Translations under genes and position numbers: made by a program
The notes under the pieces: generated by a model
Told to the model about the DNA's origin: nothing
What the model saw: the letters and a program-made list of their open reading frames with translations, nothing else
Database searches by the model: none
Shown here: piece by piece, positions 29,585-39,456 of the stretch
Numbering within the stretch: position 1 is the stretch's first letter
Layout of the letters: each line of letters opens with the position of its first letter
NCBI GenBank assembly: GCA_963787835.1
Contig: CAWBEI010000003.1
Location: 192,001-256,000 of the forward strand
Origin: Ignavibacteriota bacterium
GTDB taxonomy: Bacteria > Bacteroidota > Ignavibacteria > Palsa-1295
Length of the DNA: 64,000 nt
Direction: 5' to 3'

Positions 29585-32500
29585 ATGGAAGAAACACCGA
29601 TAGCAACATCCATAGAGACAGCCGGAGGCGGCGGAGGTATGAATCCGTTCCCGGGTTTGCGCCCGTTCGATATTTGGGAGAATTACCTTTTCTTCGGAAG
29701 AGATAAGCAGGTCGATTCACTACTACAGAAGCTTTCCGATCATCATTTTGTCGCCGTAGTTGGAACTTCGGGAAGTGGGAAGTCCTCGCTCGTACGCGCG
29801 GGATTATTGCCCGCGCTCTATGGTGGCTATATGGTATCCGCCGGCTCGACTTGGCATGTTGCTGTGATGCGGCCTGGATCGAGTCCCATTCAAAATCTTG
29901 CCGAAGCGCTTTCTACAGACGATGTTTTTGGCACCACATCCAACAGCAGTTCCCAAACGGAGAGTATAGCTCGCCGTGCGGCAATTTTGGAATCGAGTTC
30001 TCTGGGTCTCGTGCAACTGGTGCGCCAGGCGGCATTGCCTTCGGATGAAAATTTGTTGCTTGTTGTAGATCAGTTCGAAGAACTATTTCGATTCAAGCAA
30101 AATAGGTCGATCGCGGATGCCGCCAATGAAGCATCTGCATTTATCAAGTTACTGCTCGAAGCGGTGCATCAGCGGCAGCTTTTCGATCTATGTGCTTCTG
30201 ACACTTCGAAGCGATTTCCTCGGAGATTGTGCGCAATTCCGCGATCTTCCGGAAGCGATCAACGAAGGCCACTATCTCATTCCGCGTCTGCTTCGCGAAC
30301 AGCAACGCGAAGCGATACTTGGACCTGTTGCGGTCGGTGGCGGAAAAATTTCTCCGCGATTAGTACAGCAGCTTCTCAACGATCTCGGCGATAATCCCGA
30401 TCAGCTTCCGATCATGCAACATGCGCTCATGCGAACATGGGATAAGTGGGAGCACGAGCATGAGCCCGGGGAGCCGATCGACTTCCGGCATTATGAAGCC
30501 ATCGGGCGTATGCAGCACGCGCTCAGCGAGCATGCCGACGAGGCATTCAATGAACTTCCGAACGAACGAAGCAAAATGATCGCGGAGGCAATGTTCAAAT
30601 GCCTCACAATGCGTGGGCCAGATAATCGGGGAATTCGTCGTCCAACGAAAATTGCAGAGATCTGCGCAATTGCTGGTGCAGAGCCGAGCGAGGTGATCGA
30701 GGTCGTCGAATATTTCCGGCGACCGGGCAGATCATTCATTATGCCCCCGCATGGTGTGGAACTTACTCCCGAAACCGTGCTTGATATTTCGCATGAGAGC
30801 TTGATGCGCGTATGGGACCGGCTTGTCAAGTGGGTGGACGATGATGCTGTCTCCGCACAGATGTACCTCCGGCTCGTTGGCTCCGCCGATCTTTATGCAA
30901 AGGAGCAGGCCGGCCTTTGGCGCGACCCCGAATTGCAGCAAGCTGTCAACTGGCGCGATACCCACAAACCAAACGAGGCATGGGCCAATCGTTATTCCAC
31001 TGCATTTGGACCCTCGATGCAGTTCCTGATCGATAGCGTAAAACAACGTGAGCAGGAACATGTTGAAAAACGCCGTCGTCGCCGATTAGTAAATGCGTTC
31101 ATTGTGGCGTTCCTTGCCTTTGCCGGGGTGCTTACCGTCTGGGCACTAACAGAACGAAGTTCGGCTACGCGGAACGCCGCTTCCGCAGAACGCCTTCAGA
31201 AGGTTGCGCAAGATCAGGAACAGAAAGCCGAAAAAAGCGCCATCGTGGCTGACGAGCAAAAACGAAGCGCTATTGCGGCCTCGCACGAAGCGGAAGCTCA
31301 AAAGAAGCTGGCCGAGCAACAGCGCGCCTCTGCACTTTCAGAAAAACTGAATGCTGAAAATTCCCGCGCCGATGCGGAGCGATCGAGTGTTGTTGCAAAC
31401 GAACAACGCACTGCTGCTCAAGCCCAAAGCCATATCGCGGACAGCATGAAAAATCTTGCGGAAAAATCTGCGAGCGATGTATCGCGGCTCCGTTATCTTT
31501 CCATCGCCAAGGCGCTTGCAGTAAAAGCGGAACATCTTCAAACTTCTGACCACGATCTTGTAGGGCTTCTCGCATTACAAGCCTACCGGTTTAGTCATGA
31601 GAATGGCGGTTCGGCAATGGATCCCGATATTTTTGGCGCCCTGCATTCGGCGGATAAATTATTGAATGCATCCGCACTCTCACTTCAAGGGCCGCATGGG
31701 AGCAATATTCGTTCCGAACTCTTTCGAAACGATCAGGAACTTGTCTCCGCCAGCACCGATGGTAAGATCGTGGATTGGGATGCGGGTTCACCAAAGGCCA
31801 TTGGATCGCACTCGGCTTCTCGTACACTCGCGCTCAGCCCCGATGGTGCAACGATCTGTGCAGCGGGCAACGATGGCGTTCTTCATCTTTATTCCTTGAC
31901 GAACGGGTCTGTCTCCAATGTTCCTGTTGGAGTTTCCTATGTGGTGCAAGCTCATTATATTGATAATGCTTCCATAGCGCTTTTGAGTAACGATGGACGT
32001 ATTCACATTGTGAATCCCGCGAATGGAAGGGAGTCATCCATCCTTGCTTTGCCGGGGAACATTCGTTCCTTCGATCTAAACAGCAATATCCACGAGCTTG
32101 CCGCCGGTGACGAACTGGGAACGATCGGTATCTGGAATTTAACATCTCTGAATGGGCTAGCATCCAGAACCAGCTCCGTGAATGGCGCTATTTCTGCAAT
32201 CAATTTTAGCCGTGACGGCAAAATGCTTGCAGCTGGCACGCAGAAGGGCGCGATCTACCTTTGGAACACATCCGGCGAGCAGGGGCAATCGCTCCCAAAA
32301 CCGCAAGTAGCAACAACAACCGGTGAGCCGATTCACGCGATCGCCTTCAGTCCTGACGGCAGAATGTTGGCCAGTGGCAGTTCGAATGGCACGGTGCGCC
32401 TTTGGAATCCGGATCGTATGGCGGAGATACCCATCACGCTTGCCGATAACTCTGCATGGATGTGGTCGCTGGCCTTCAGCCCGGATGGCAGCACGCTTGC

Positions 32501-32672
32501 GGCCTCCAGTGCGGATAAATCCATTCATCTCATTCCAGTGCAGCCAGATGCAATTGTACGGCAAGTTCAACAGAAGATCGGACGAAATCTGACCCATAAG
32601 GAATGGGATCAATTCATAGGCTCTGATGTGCCTTATGCGGAAACGATTCCTGAGTTAGGAACGAAGGAATAA
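29585..32672 (+). CDS. nSTAND1-type NTPase - TM - coiled coil - WD40 repeat protein, split by a 1-nt frameshift near 30180
   Basis: NPFPGLRPF, FFGRD, Walker A GTSGSGKSS, Walker B VVDQFEELF, LTLRSDF, LPIMQHAL, ISHESL; TM after RRRRR; WD40 repeats AFSPDG; removing one T at 30180-30183 joins the frames into about 1028 aa. Confidence 0.88.
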
Positions 32673-32695
32673 AACGTCTGTAACTTTATTTACAA

Positions 32696-35029
32696 ATGAA
32701 ACGTCCCACGGTTCGTCCTCTGTCAGTGTATTGTTTTCTTTTGCTTTCAACCGGTGCCACTGCGCAACACATTGCTCAAATTAGCCCCCCAAATATATCC
32801 TTTCGAGGTGTCAGCATTGCAGACTCGACCCATTCGATGGCAGTCGGCGATTCGGCAACGGTAATATTAAGCAATTCCGGTTATATACCGAATTGGCATC
32901 TACTATCCTCCCCATGCAGTAAAAACCACACACTTAATGGCGTGAGTTACTACGACAGCCTTCATGCTATAGTTATTTCAGATATGGGACTCATCTTCGC
33001 GACCTCTGACGAGGGACAAACCTGGAATCCATCCGGAACAGGATTGACACGTCAGACATTGCGTGGTATCACGCATACCGAGGATGGGGCACTGATAACC
33101 GTCGGGGACAGCGGCATCATTTTTCGTTCCACCGATGGAGGGCTGAATTGGAGTCGGATTGCTTCCTCGACGTCGCTCAATATTTACGGACTCTCGATCA
33201 ATGTATCCGGGCACGGTTACTTCGTCGGTCAGAACGGACTGGTGGGAAAAACCACCGATTATGGTAAATCCTGGCCGATCGTAACGGATACGAATGCCTT
33301 CGGGTTTATGGCTACCATCCCATCTACGCTTCGCGCCATAGCGATATGTACGAACGATTCCGCGGTTGCGGTTGGAGACAGTGGCGCGGTTGGCTTTACT
33401 TCTGACGGCATCCATTGGAAGGCGCTGAGTGGATTTCCTCAGTCAAATGTAGATAGTATTGCCTTTTATTATCCTCCGGAATCAATTGCACGGACGTCGT
33501 TTCGTGCAGTCATGTATTGTCCCTTGCGATTTGAATTCGGTCCGGGTACTTGGATCATTTGGGGTGATAACGACATATCGGCTGGAATTGTCGATTCTGC
33601 ACTATTCTATCCAGCTCCAAAAAATAGTATATCTAAGTCTCTTGATAGTTCTGCAGTGCTTGTATTTTCCTTTAATTTCCTTGCGGGAGATGCCGATGGC
33701 GGCAGGGATCTCCTCGCTTTTAGAGTACTTTGTGCGGATTATTTTAGTGTGAATCGCAGGATGGATTTTGGGGGGTCGTTTGAGCAATCATTTCATTGCT
33801 CATTCCCAACCGATTCAACATTGATTCTTTATGCCCAGCCTGGATTTAGGGAAAATTTCCTTTTCGCTTCGATCGATAGCATGGGATTTGGATATGCAAC
33901 ATGCACTGGAGGGTTTTTTCTAAAAACAACGGACAATGGATTTTCATGGGGAATCGTCCGGGTGAACGATACTTCGTTTGCCTATCGCAGCTTTGATGCC
34001 ACGGACATCCACACTATTGATTCCAATCATGCGTTTGCGGTCGGCTGGTCAGGTAACCTTTTTCGAACGACGAATGGCGGCATCACCTGGGATAGCTCCA
34101 ATATCGACAATAACTTAGAACGCCTGCAAGGTATCTCATATCCCGCAAAAGGTGTAGCTGTGGTGGTTGGTGACTTTGGCGCCATCCTTCGAAGCACGAA
34201 CGATGGTGCATCTTGGAATTATATCTCTCAAAGCATCACAGAAAGTTTTCTCGAAGCGGTTGCGTTTTCTTCGCCGGAGATAGGAGTAGCTGTCGGTACA
34301 AGCGCAGAAATATTGCGAACTGCCGATCAAGGGGTGACCTGGACCGAGATCAACAATCCGCTCACAGGGCAGAATGTTTCATTCCGGGAAATTGCCGCAT
34401 TCCCCGATGGCACCTATTATACAACAACAGATTCTATGGGGCTGTGGAGATCGATCGATCAAGGAGAGAATTGGAACCGAGTTATTGCAATCCCTAACAC
34501 GATCAGCTTAGGATTCTATGATGAAAACACCGCAGTTGTTGCGGAAAAGACATGGTCGTCCGCAATTGTTCCTGACACAATGCTGCTCGCATTCACGAGG
34601 AATGGTTTTGCTACAAAGACAGAATTTAATATCCCAATTATCAACAATAATAGAATTGTATTTCATTTCATTGACTCCAATACCTTCCTCTGTTTTGGCT
34701 CGGATGGCTTTGTGGTGAAGGTAGAGATGTCGCAAGGCGGCGCAAGCGTTACGGAGCTTTCATCATCGCAAACCTCGCCGGTACAAGCATTCCCAAATCC
34801 CTGCGTTACACATTCAGTGACGATCGAATATGATCTCGATAACTCAGGCACAACGGCCGTCGAACTTTGGAACACGCTCGGCGAAAAAGTGCAAGCCTTG
34901 TTCACAGCAAATGAATTAGCTGGACATCATTCTCAAGTGCTTAAAATAGATCCCGAATTGCATGGTGCGTTCTTTGTCAAAGTGATTTCTGGGACAGAAG
35001 CAAAGATGCTGCCTATTAGTATCGAATAA
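32696..35029 (+). CDS. YCF48/BNR-repeat beta-propeller protein with T9SS type-A CTD, paralog of 22583-24949
   Basis: VGDSGIIFRSTDGGLNW, TTNGGITW repeats; CTD AFPNP...GAFFVKV. Confidence 0.85.
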   Translation: MKRPTVRPLSVYCFLLLSTGATAQHIAQISPPNISFRGVSIADSTHSMAVGDSATVILSNSGYIPNWHLLSSPCSKNHTLNGVSYYDSLHAIVISDMGLIFATSDEGQTWNPSGTGLTRQTLRGITHTEDGALITVGDSGIIFRSTDGGLNWSRIASSTSLNIYGLSINVSGHGYFVGQNGLVGKTTDYGKSWPIVTDTNAFGFMATIPSTLRAIAICTNDSAVAVGDSGAVGFTSDGIHWKALSGFPQSNVDSIAFYYPPESIARTSFRAVMYCPLRFEFGPGTWIIWGDNDISAGIVDSALFYPAPKNSISKSLDSSAVLVFSFNFLAGDADGGRDLLAFRVLCADYFSVNRRMDFGGSFEQSFHCSFPTDSTLILYAQPGFRENFLFASIDSMGFGYATCTGGFFLKTTDNGFSWGIVRVNDTSFAYRSFDATDIHTIDSNHAFAVGWSGNLFRTTNGGITWDSSNIDNNLERLQGISYPAKGVAVVVGDFGAILRSTNDGASWNYISQSITESFLEAVAFSSPEIGVAVGTSAEILRTADQGVTWTEINNPLTGQNVSFREIAAFPDGTYYTTTDSMGLWRSIDQGENWNRVIAIPNTISLGFYDENTAVVAEKTWSSAIVPDTMLLAFTRNGFATKTEFNIPIINNNRIVFHFIDSNTFLCFGSDGFVVKVEMSQGGASVTELSSSQTSPVQAFPNPCVTHSVTIEYDLDNSGTTAVELWNTLGEKVQALFTANELAGHHSQVLKIDPELHGAFFVKVISGTEAKMLPISIE

Positions 35030-35062
35030 GATTAAAGCTGGCATCGCCAATACCACAAATAG

Positions 35063-38000
35063 TTACCTTGATCGTTGTGCGGCTTCATTTTGCTTGCGAA
35101 TTCGCCGGCAGAGCGTCGTGATCGCACCGCGCGCGATCTCGATGTTATCTATCATCAGATCGTAGAACACTTCCCGATCGAGCTTGAGGAGGGTCGTTTC
35201 TTCCAGTGCCGTTACGGATGCGGATCGAGGCTCGGGATCCAACAGCGCCATTTCACCTACCACATCCCGTGCGTGTAATTCGGAAAGTTGATGTTCGCCA
35301 TCATGAACGCGCACACGCCCCTCGACAATGATATACAGGCAGCTTCCTGTCTCGCCTTTCTCGATGATTCGCTCCCCAACAGAGGCATGAACTTCCTCCA
35401 GCGCCTGCGCAATATGAGAAAGCACCGGATCGGGCGTTTCGTGAAACAAATCGACCGTCTTTAATAAAATGACGCGTTCAAATAAATGTGGCATAGGTTC
35501 CTCGTCCTTGGACTTGTAGTAAAAATGAGCGACCGCAAGGGTCCAGGGTTCGTAAAAATGGTCATCATCGCGCAGGAGATTGTTCCATGCTATCTCGTGG
35601 GAGCCGTGTTCAAGATCCTGTGGAATGATGTCAGCCAGCGTGGTATGGTCGGTAATATGTGCTGAATGCTTAGCTCCATCATGATTGGTCCTTCTAAGAA
35701 AAAGCGTTGCTTCGAGCAATGCAACCACTTCTTTCGCAAGATCCGGAGCGAGGATCTGATCCAGAACTTCAAATGCGTTGGCATGATGCAGATGTTCGCC
35801 GATGAGCAGGCTGTCACGCACCCGGCGTAGCGTTACAGGATCATATTCAAGCTCCAATAGCATCAGCACGCGATCTGCCGCTTGTGCGACCTCATGCGAA
35901 AGCGTGCTTCGAAATAATTCCGACACTGGAAGATTTGTTGAATGTCCATTTGTGGATTCAAGAGAATGAATGATGGTAATAAGCTTGCGGACGCGCCGAA
36001 GTTCCTCAGCTATGATACGTGTGATGATATCAGAATCGTTTATTCGGATACCATTGGTCGTAAGCGCATGCAACGCAGCCAATCGCAGGGTTCCCAGCAC
36101 TCGCGGTGCTTCGTCGATGGTACCACCTACGGTTCCACCGCTGGACGGATTCGGCCAGGTTAACAGTGCGACCAATAACTGAATGGATTGTTCGGAGAAT
36201 GGTGCGTGCTCACCCTTACTCCAATGACCGAGCAGGCGCGCAATTCGTGGTAAGCGGGCACTTCCGACATGTCCCTCCTCGATGTGGTGCGTGAGGTGCG
36301 GCAGCACCGCATTGCCAAAGGCCTGCAGAGCATGCTCGATAAGGATGAGCGTTTGCCGAGTGGTTGCGGGTTGTAGATACAGATCGAGTATTGGTTCGAT
36401 AAGTTGCGGATGAGCAACCAGCGCGGATGCTCGAATCGCAGCAAGCCGCACTTCCGAATTCTCGTCTCGCAGAAGCGCAAGAAGGGAATGATAGAACTGA
36501 CGAACCCCAACTCCGCCTATGATCTTCGCGGCAGAAACGCGCACGCTGGGATCGGTGCTGTGCGCCATGGACTGCACGAATTCACCAGCCACAAGCACCC
36601 CGTCGATCCCTTTATGCTTGATGAGCCCGGCAAGCAGCCCTTCTCGCACGGGGAGTCGTTCATCATCGAGCCACTGCTTCATATCTTCGGCCTCAAGTTC
36701 CGGAGAAACGGCAGAATAGACCCGCAACGTTTGGCCCAGCATCGTTCCATCGTCGTGATTCAGATCGATTTTAGCGTTCGTTAACACAGCATCTAAAATG
36801 GTCTTAGCGCGAAGGCGTTCGGCGGCAGAAAATTCAAGATCATCCACGCGGCGTAGGGCAGCGATTCGAACGGACAATTCACCGTGTGCGAGCAAGTTGG
36901 GTAAGGCGTCGATGAGGAACGTATGTTCGGTCGGAGGAATAAGATGCAAGGCATATTCCACTTCCATCGGATGCGCGCTATGCAGCTTTTCTAAGACCAT
37001 GCTTCGCGCGGCATGATCCCAGACCAGCGCTGATGACATAAGCCGCCGGTGCTTCAACGCCCGGAGCACTGTTCTCTTGTATTCGCGGTCGAACCAAAGA
37101 AGTGTTCCCGCCCACGCTGCAAACACCCCAAGCATTACAAAACTGATCCCACGCAACGAGAAACCAATAGAAACGGAGAGCACATATAACAGGATGGACG
37201 CTGCACCTAACGCAAGCGGTTCAATGATTCCACCAATGGCTTGATGCCCGCGATGCTGAAGGTGTTTCGAGAGCGGTTGCATGGCAATGGCCAATGCAGG
37301 AACCTGAACGGCCTCCGACCACAACTCGACAAGCAACATTCCACCAATGAACGCCCAGATCATGGCGGGTGCGGCACCTGCGACCGATGCAGAATTTGCG
37401 CTAAAGATTAGTCCAGCAACGGTGGTAATGAGTAGTCCGATGGGCAGCACGATGATCGTTCTTGCGAGTCCGAACTTACTGAAGAGTCGCCCAACGACAC
37501 CGACTTTGAGCAACAGACTCGCCAGTTTTGCTACTCCGAGGAACAGTCCGATGAAATTTGCAACTTGTGTGAGGCTTTCTTTTCGTTCCTCGATCTCTCG
37601 AAGAAATCCAAAGTCGATACAGGTCGTTGCAAAGAGCGCCAGGAACGCAACCAGAGACACACTTGCGATATACGTATCCCGCCAAATGAACGTGAGTGAG
37701 TTTTGCTTCCCGTCATGATGCTTCGGCTGTTCGAACGCCGTTCTGGAATGATGTTTTTGTTTCCCATCTGTATGCATTGCCATCAGATGCGAGTAATTTG
37801 AAATGATTTGCTGTAGCACAAAGACACTTATCGCTGTTCCACCGGCGGAGAGAATCAACAACTGCGGTACTTTCAAGAACGAGGTCAATAGCGGGACAGA
37901 AAAATAGCCGAGTATTTTTGCAAGGAACGATCCTGAATCTATCAAACTGAACAGCCGCTTCCCTTGCCGGACATCGAAAAGATGCATGGGAAGCCCCCAA

Positions 38001-38440
38001 AACTCACTTTGAGCTACGAAGATCATAATACGGGACCACACCAATAGCCCAAACGCAATGGCGAGCGGGGGAATCTGCAAGGCGTATTCCTCCATTGCGT
38101 AGAAGGCGACCGTTCCGGCCACGAGCAGGATCAGCGCAAGCCGGAGCACTTGAAATTGACCGATCGCATGCTCTAAGCGTTCGGAGCTATACCCGATCAG
38201 AAGTTCAAGAACCGCAGCCGCCGCAAACGCGCACGGAAGATACACGATCGGAAAGGAATCAAGAAAGATCGGAAGTGCTGCTGAGATCAGATACGCAACC
38301 CCGACCCCGAGAAAGAACGAGTGCGTCCAGAGCAGCGCCACGGGGCGCATCTCATGCGAACGCAAGTTCAGGGTTTGAAGAACTACTCGCTTACCCCAGG
38401 ATGTTCGAAAAGAGCCTTGACGATTTGGAGATGAATCCAT
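35063..38440 (-). CDS. Npt/TLC-like nucleotide translocase (MFS fold) - HEAT repeats - cNMP-binding domain fusion
   Basis: About 12 TM with FWG...FDVRQGKRLFSLI motif; HEAT repeats (LLRDENSEVRLAAIRA); C-terminal cNMP domain with GEMALLDPEPRSASV; start ATG 38440. Confidence 0.82.
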   Translation of the reverse strand: MDSSPNRQGSFRTSWGKRVVLQTLNLRSHEMRPVALLWTHSFFLGVGVAYLISAALPIFLDSFPIVYLPCAFAAAAVLELLIGYSSERLEHAIGQFQVLRLALILLVAGTVAFYAMEEYALQIPPLAIAFGLLVWSRIMIFVAQSEFWGLPMHLFDVRQGKRLFSLIDSGSFLAKILGYFSVPLLTSFLKVPQLLILSAGGTAISVFVLQQIISNYSHLMAMHTDGKQKHHSRTAFEQPKHHDGKQNSLTFIWRDTYIASVSLVAFLALFATTCIDFGFLREIEERKESLTQVANFIGLFLGVAKLASLLLKVGVVGRLFSKFGLARTIIVLPIGLLITTVAGLIFSANSASVAGAAPAMIWAFIGGMLLVELWSEAVQVPALAIAMQPLSKHLQHRGHQAIGGIIEPLALGAASILLYVLSVSIGFSLRGISFVMLGVFAAWAGTLLWFDREYKRTVLRALKHRRLMSSALVWDHAARSMVLEKLHSAHPMEVEYALHLIPPTEHTFLIDALPNLLAHGELSVRIAALRRVDDLEFSAAERLRAKTILDAVLTNAKIDLNHDDGTMLGQTLRVYSAVSPELEAEDMKQWLDDERLPVREGLLAGLIKHKGIDGVLVAGEFVQSMAHSTDPSVRVSAAKIIGGVGVRQFYHSLLALLRDENSEVRLAAIRASALVAHPQLIEPILDLYLQPATTRQTLILIEHALQAFGNAVLPHLTHHIEEGHVGSARLPRIARLLGHWSKGEHAPFSEQSIQLLVALLTWPNPSSGGTVGGTIDEAPRVLGTLRLAALHALTTNGIRINDSDIITRIIAEELRRVRKLITIIHSLESTNGHSTNLPVSELFRSTLSHEVAQAADRVLMLLELEYDPVTLRRVRDSLLIGEHLHHANAFEVLDQILAPDLAKEVVALLEATLFLRRTNHDGAKHSAHITDHTTLADIIPQDLEHGSHEIAWNNLLRDDDHFYEPWTLAVAHFYYKSKDEEPMPHLFERVILLKTVDLFHETPDPVLSHIAQALEEVHASVGERIIEKGETGSCLYIIVEGRVRVHDGEHQLSELHARDVVGEMALLDPEPRSASVTALEETTLLKLDREVFYDLMIDNIEIARGAITTLCRRIRKQNEAAQRSR

Positions 38441-38468
38441 TATCGAACGATAACAAGCATAGAACGCG

Positions 38469-39086
38469 ATGCGTCCCAGCACCATGATTGTTCCTCCGCA
38501 TTCCCTCGTACCCCAGATCGAAACATTCTCACGCGAGATCATCGCCACATTACCGGCCGGATATACCTACCATTGTATCGAACACACCGAGATGGTCGTG
38601 AGGCACACAACGATGATAGCGGATTCGATCCAGCTAACCGAAGAGCAGACGGCACTGCTCATCATGGCGGCCTGGCTTCACGATGTGGGGTTTCGCATCC
38701 GGTATAAGGGGCATGAAAGAGATAGCTGCGTTGCTGCACGAGAAAAGCTTGCGGATGTACTAACTCCCGAGGATATGGCGACCATTGAAGAAGCCATTAT
38801 GGGAACGGAGATTCCTCAGCGCGCGACCCATCCTATCTCACAAGCGCTTTGCGACGCCGATCTGTTGTACTTAGGTGGCGATCACTTCTTTGATTGGAGC
38901 GCGCGGCTGCGCGAAGAGCATCAGAAGGTTCTTGGACGTGAATACAGCGATCAACAATGGATCGAATTTAACATTGACTTCGTCCGCAATCATACATTCT
39001 TCACAGCATTTGCTCGGGAACATTATGGCGAGGGTCTTTTAAAAAATCTGGATGCGTTGGAACTGATGAGAGCGGAGTCCCTCTGA
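38469..39086 (+). CDS. HD-domain metal-dependent phosphohydrolase
   Basis: YHCIEHT, AAWLHDVG, GHERDS, LCDADL. Confidence 0.88.
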   Translation: MRPSTMIVPPHSLVPQIETFSREIIATLPAGYTYHCIEHTEMVVRHTTMIADSIQLTEEQTALLIMAAWLHDVGFRIRYKGHERDSCVAAREKLADVLTPEDMATIEEAIMGTEIPQRATHPISQALCDADLLYLGGDHFFDWSARLREEHQKVLGREYSDQQWIEFNIDFVRNHTFFTAFAREHYGEGLLKNLDALELMRAESL

Positions 39087-39306
39087 TCGAAGGCTTCTCC
39101 GACTTGGAAGCCCCTCTCACATGTGTTGTTTGGAGCAAAGCATCTTGGTTATTTCACACAACAATCATTTGAAGTATTGAGGAGGAAGGTTTACTCACTG
39201 GAATCACAGACCGGCTCATGTCGGATATTTGTAATATTTGTCAGTCAACTAATGTCAAAAGATAAACTATTAAATATCCATAAACAGTTGATTATATTTA
39301 ACTTAA

Positions 39307-39328
39307 GCGGAGGACCTGGGATTCGAAC
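39307..39328 (-). repeat. att copy of the tRNA-Ser(TGA) 3' end
   Basis: GCGGAGGACCTGGGATTCGAAC matches 47839-47860 with one mismatch. Confidence 0.88.
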
Positions 39329-39456
39329 GTCAAGTGCCGGAAGACAAACGATACCATTCTTCTTTACGTCTCTATGTTGCTACTATCCATTTGAACCATG
39401 GGTCCGGCTTGTGAATTTTGACAAATCGAACTTTTTTGATCTATTCAACTCTTTGC

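Noticed and set aside
24975-39086. Calling the cluster Pycsar, CBASS, Thoeris or Avs
   Set aside because: The cyclase is REC-fused with adenine-specifying residues, there is no CD-NTase or SIR2/Macro effector, and the STAND is TM-WD40 type without a fused effector
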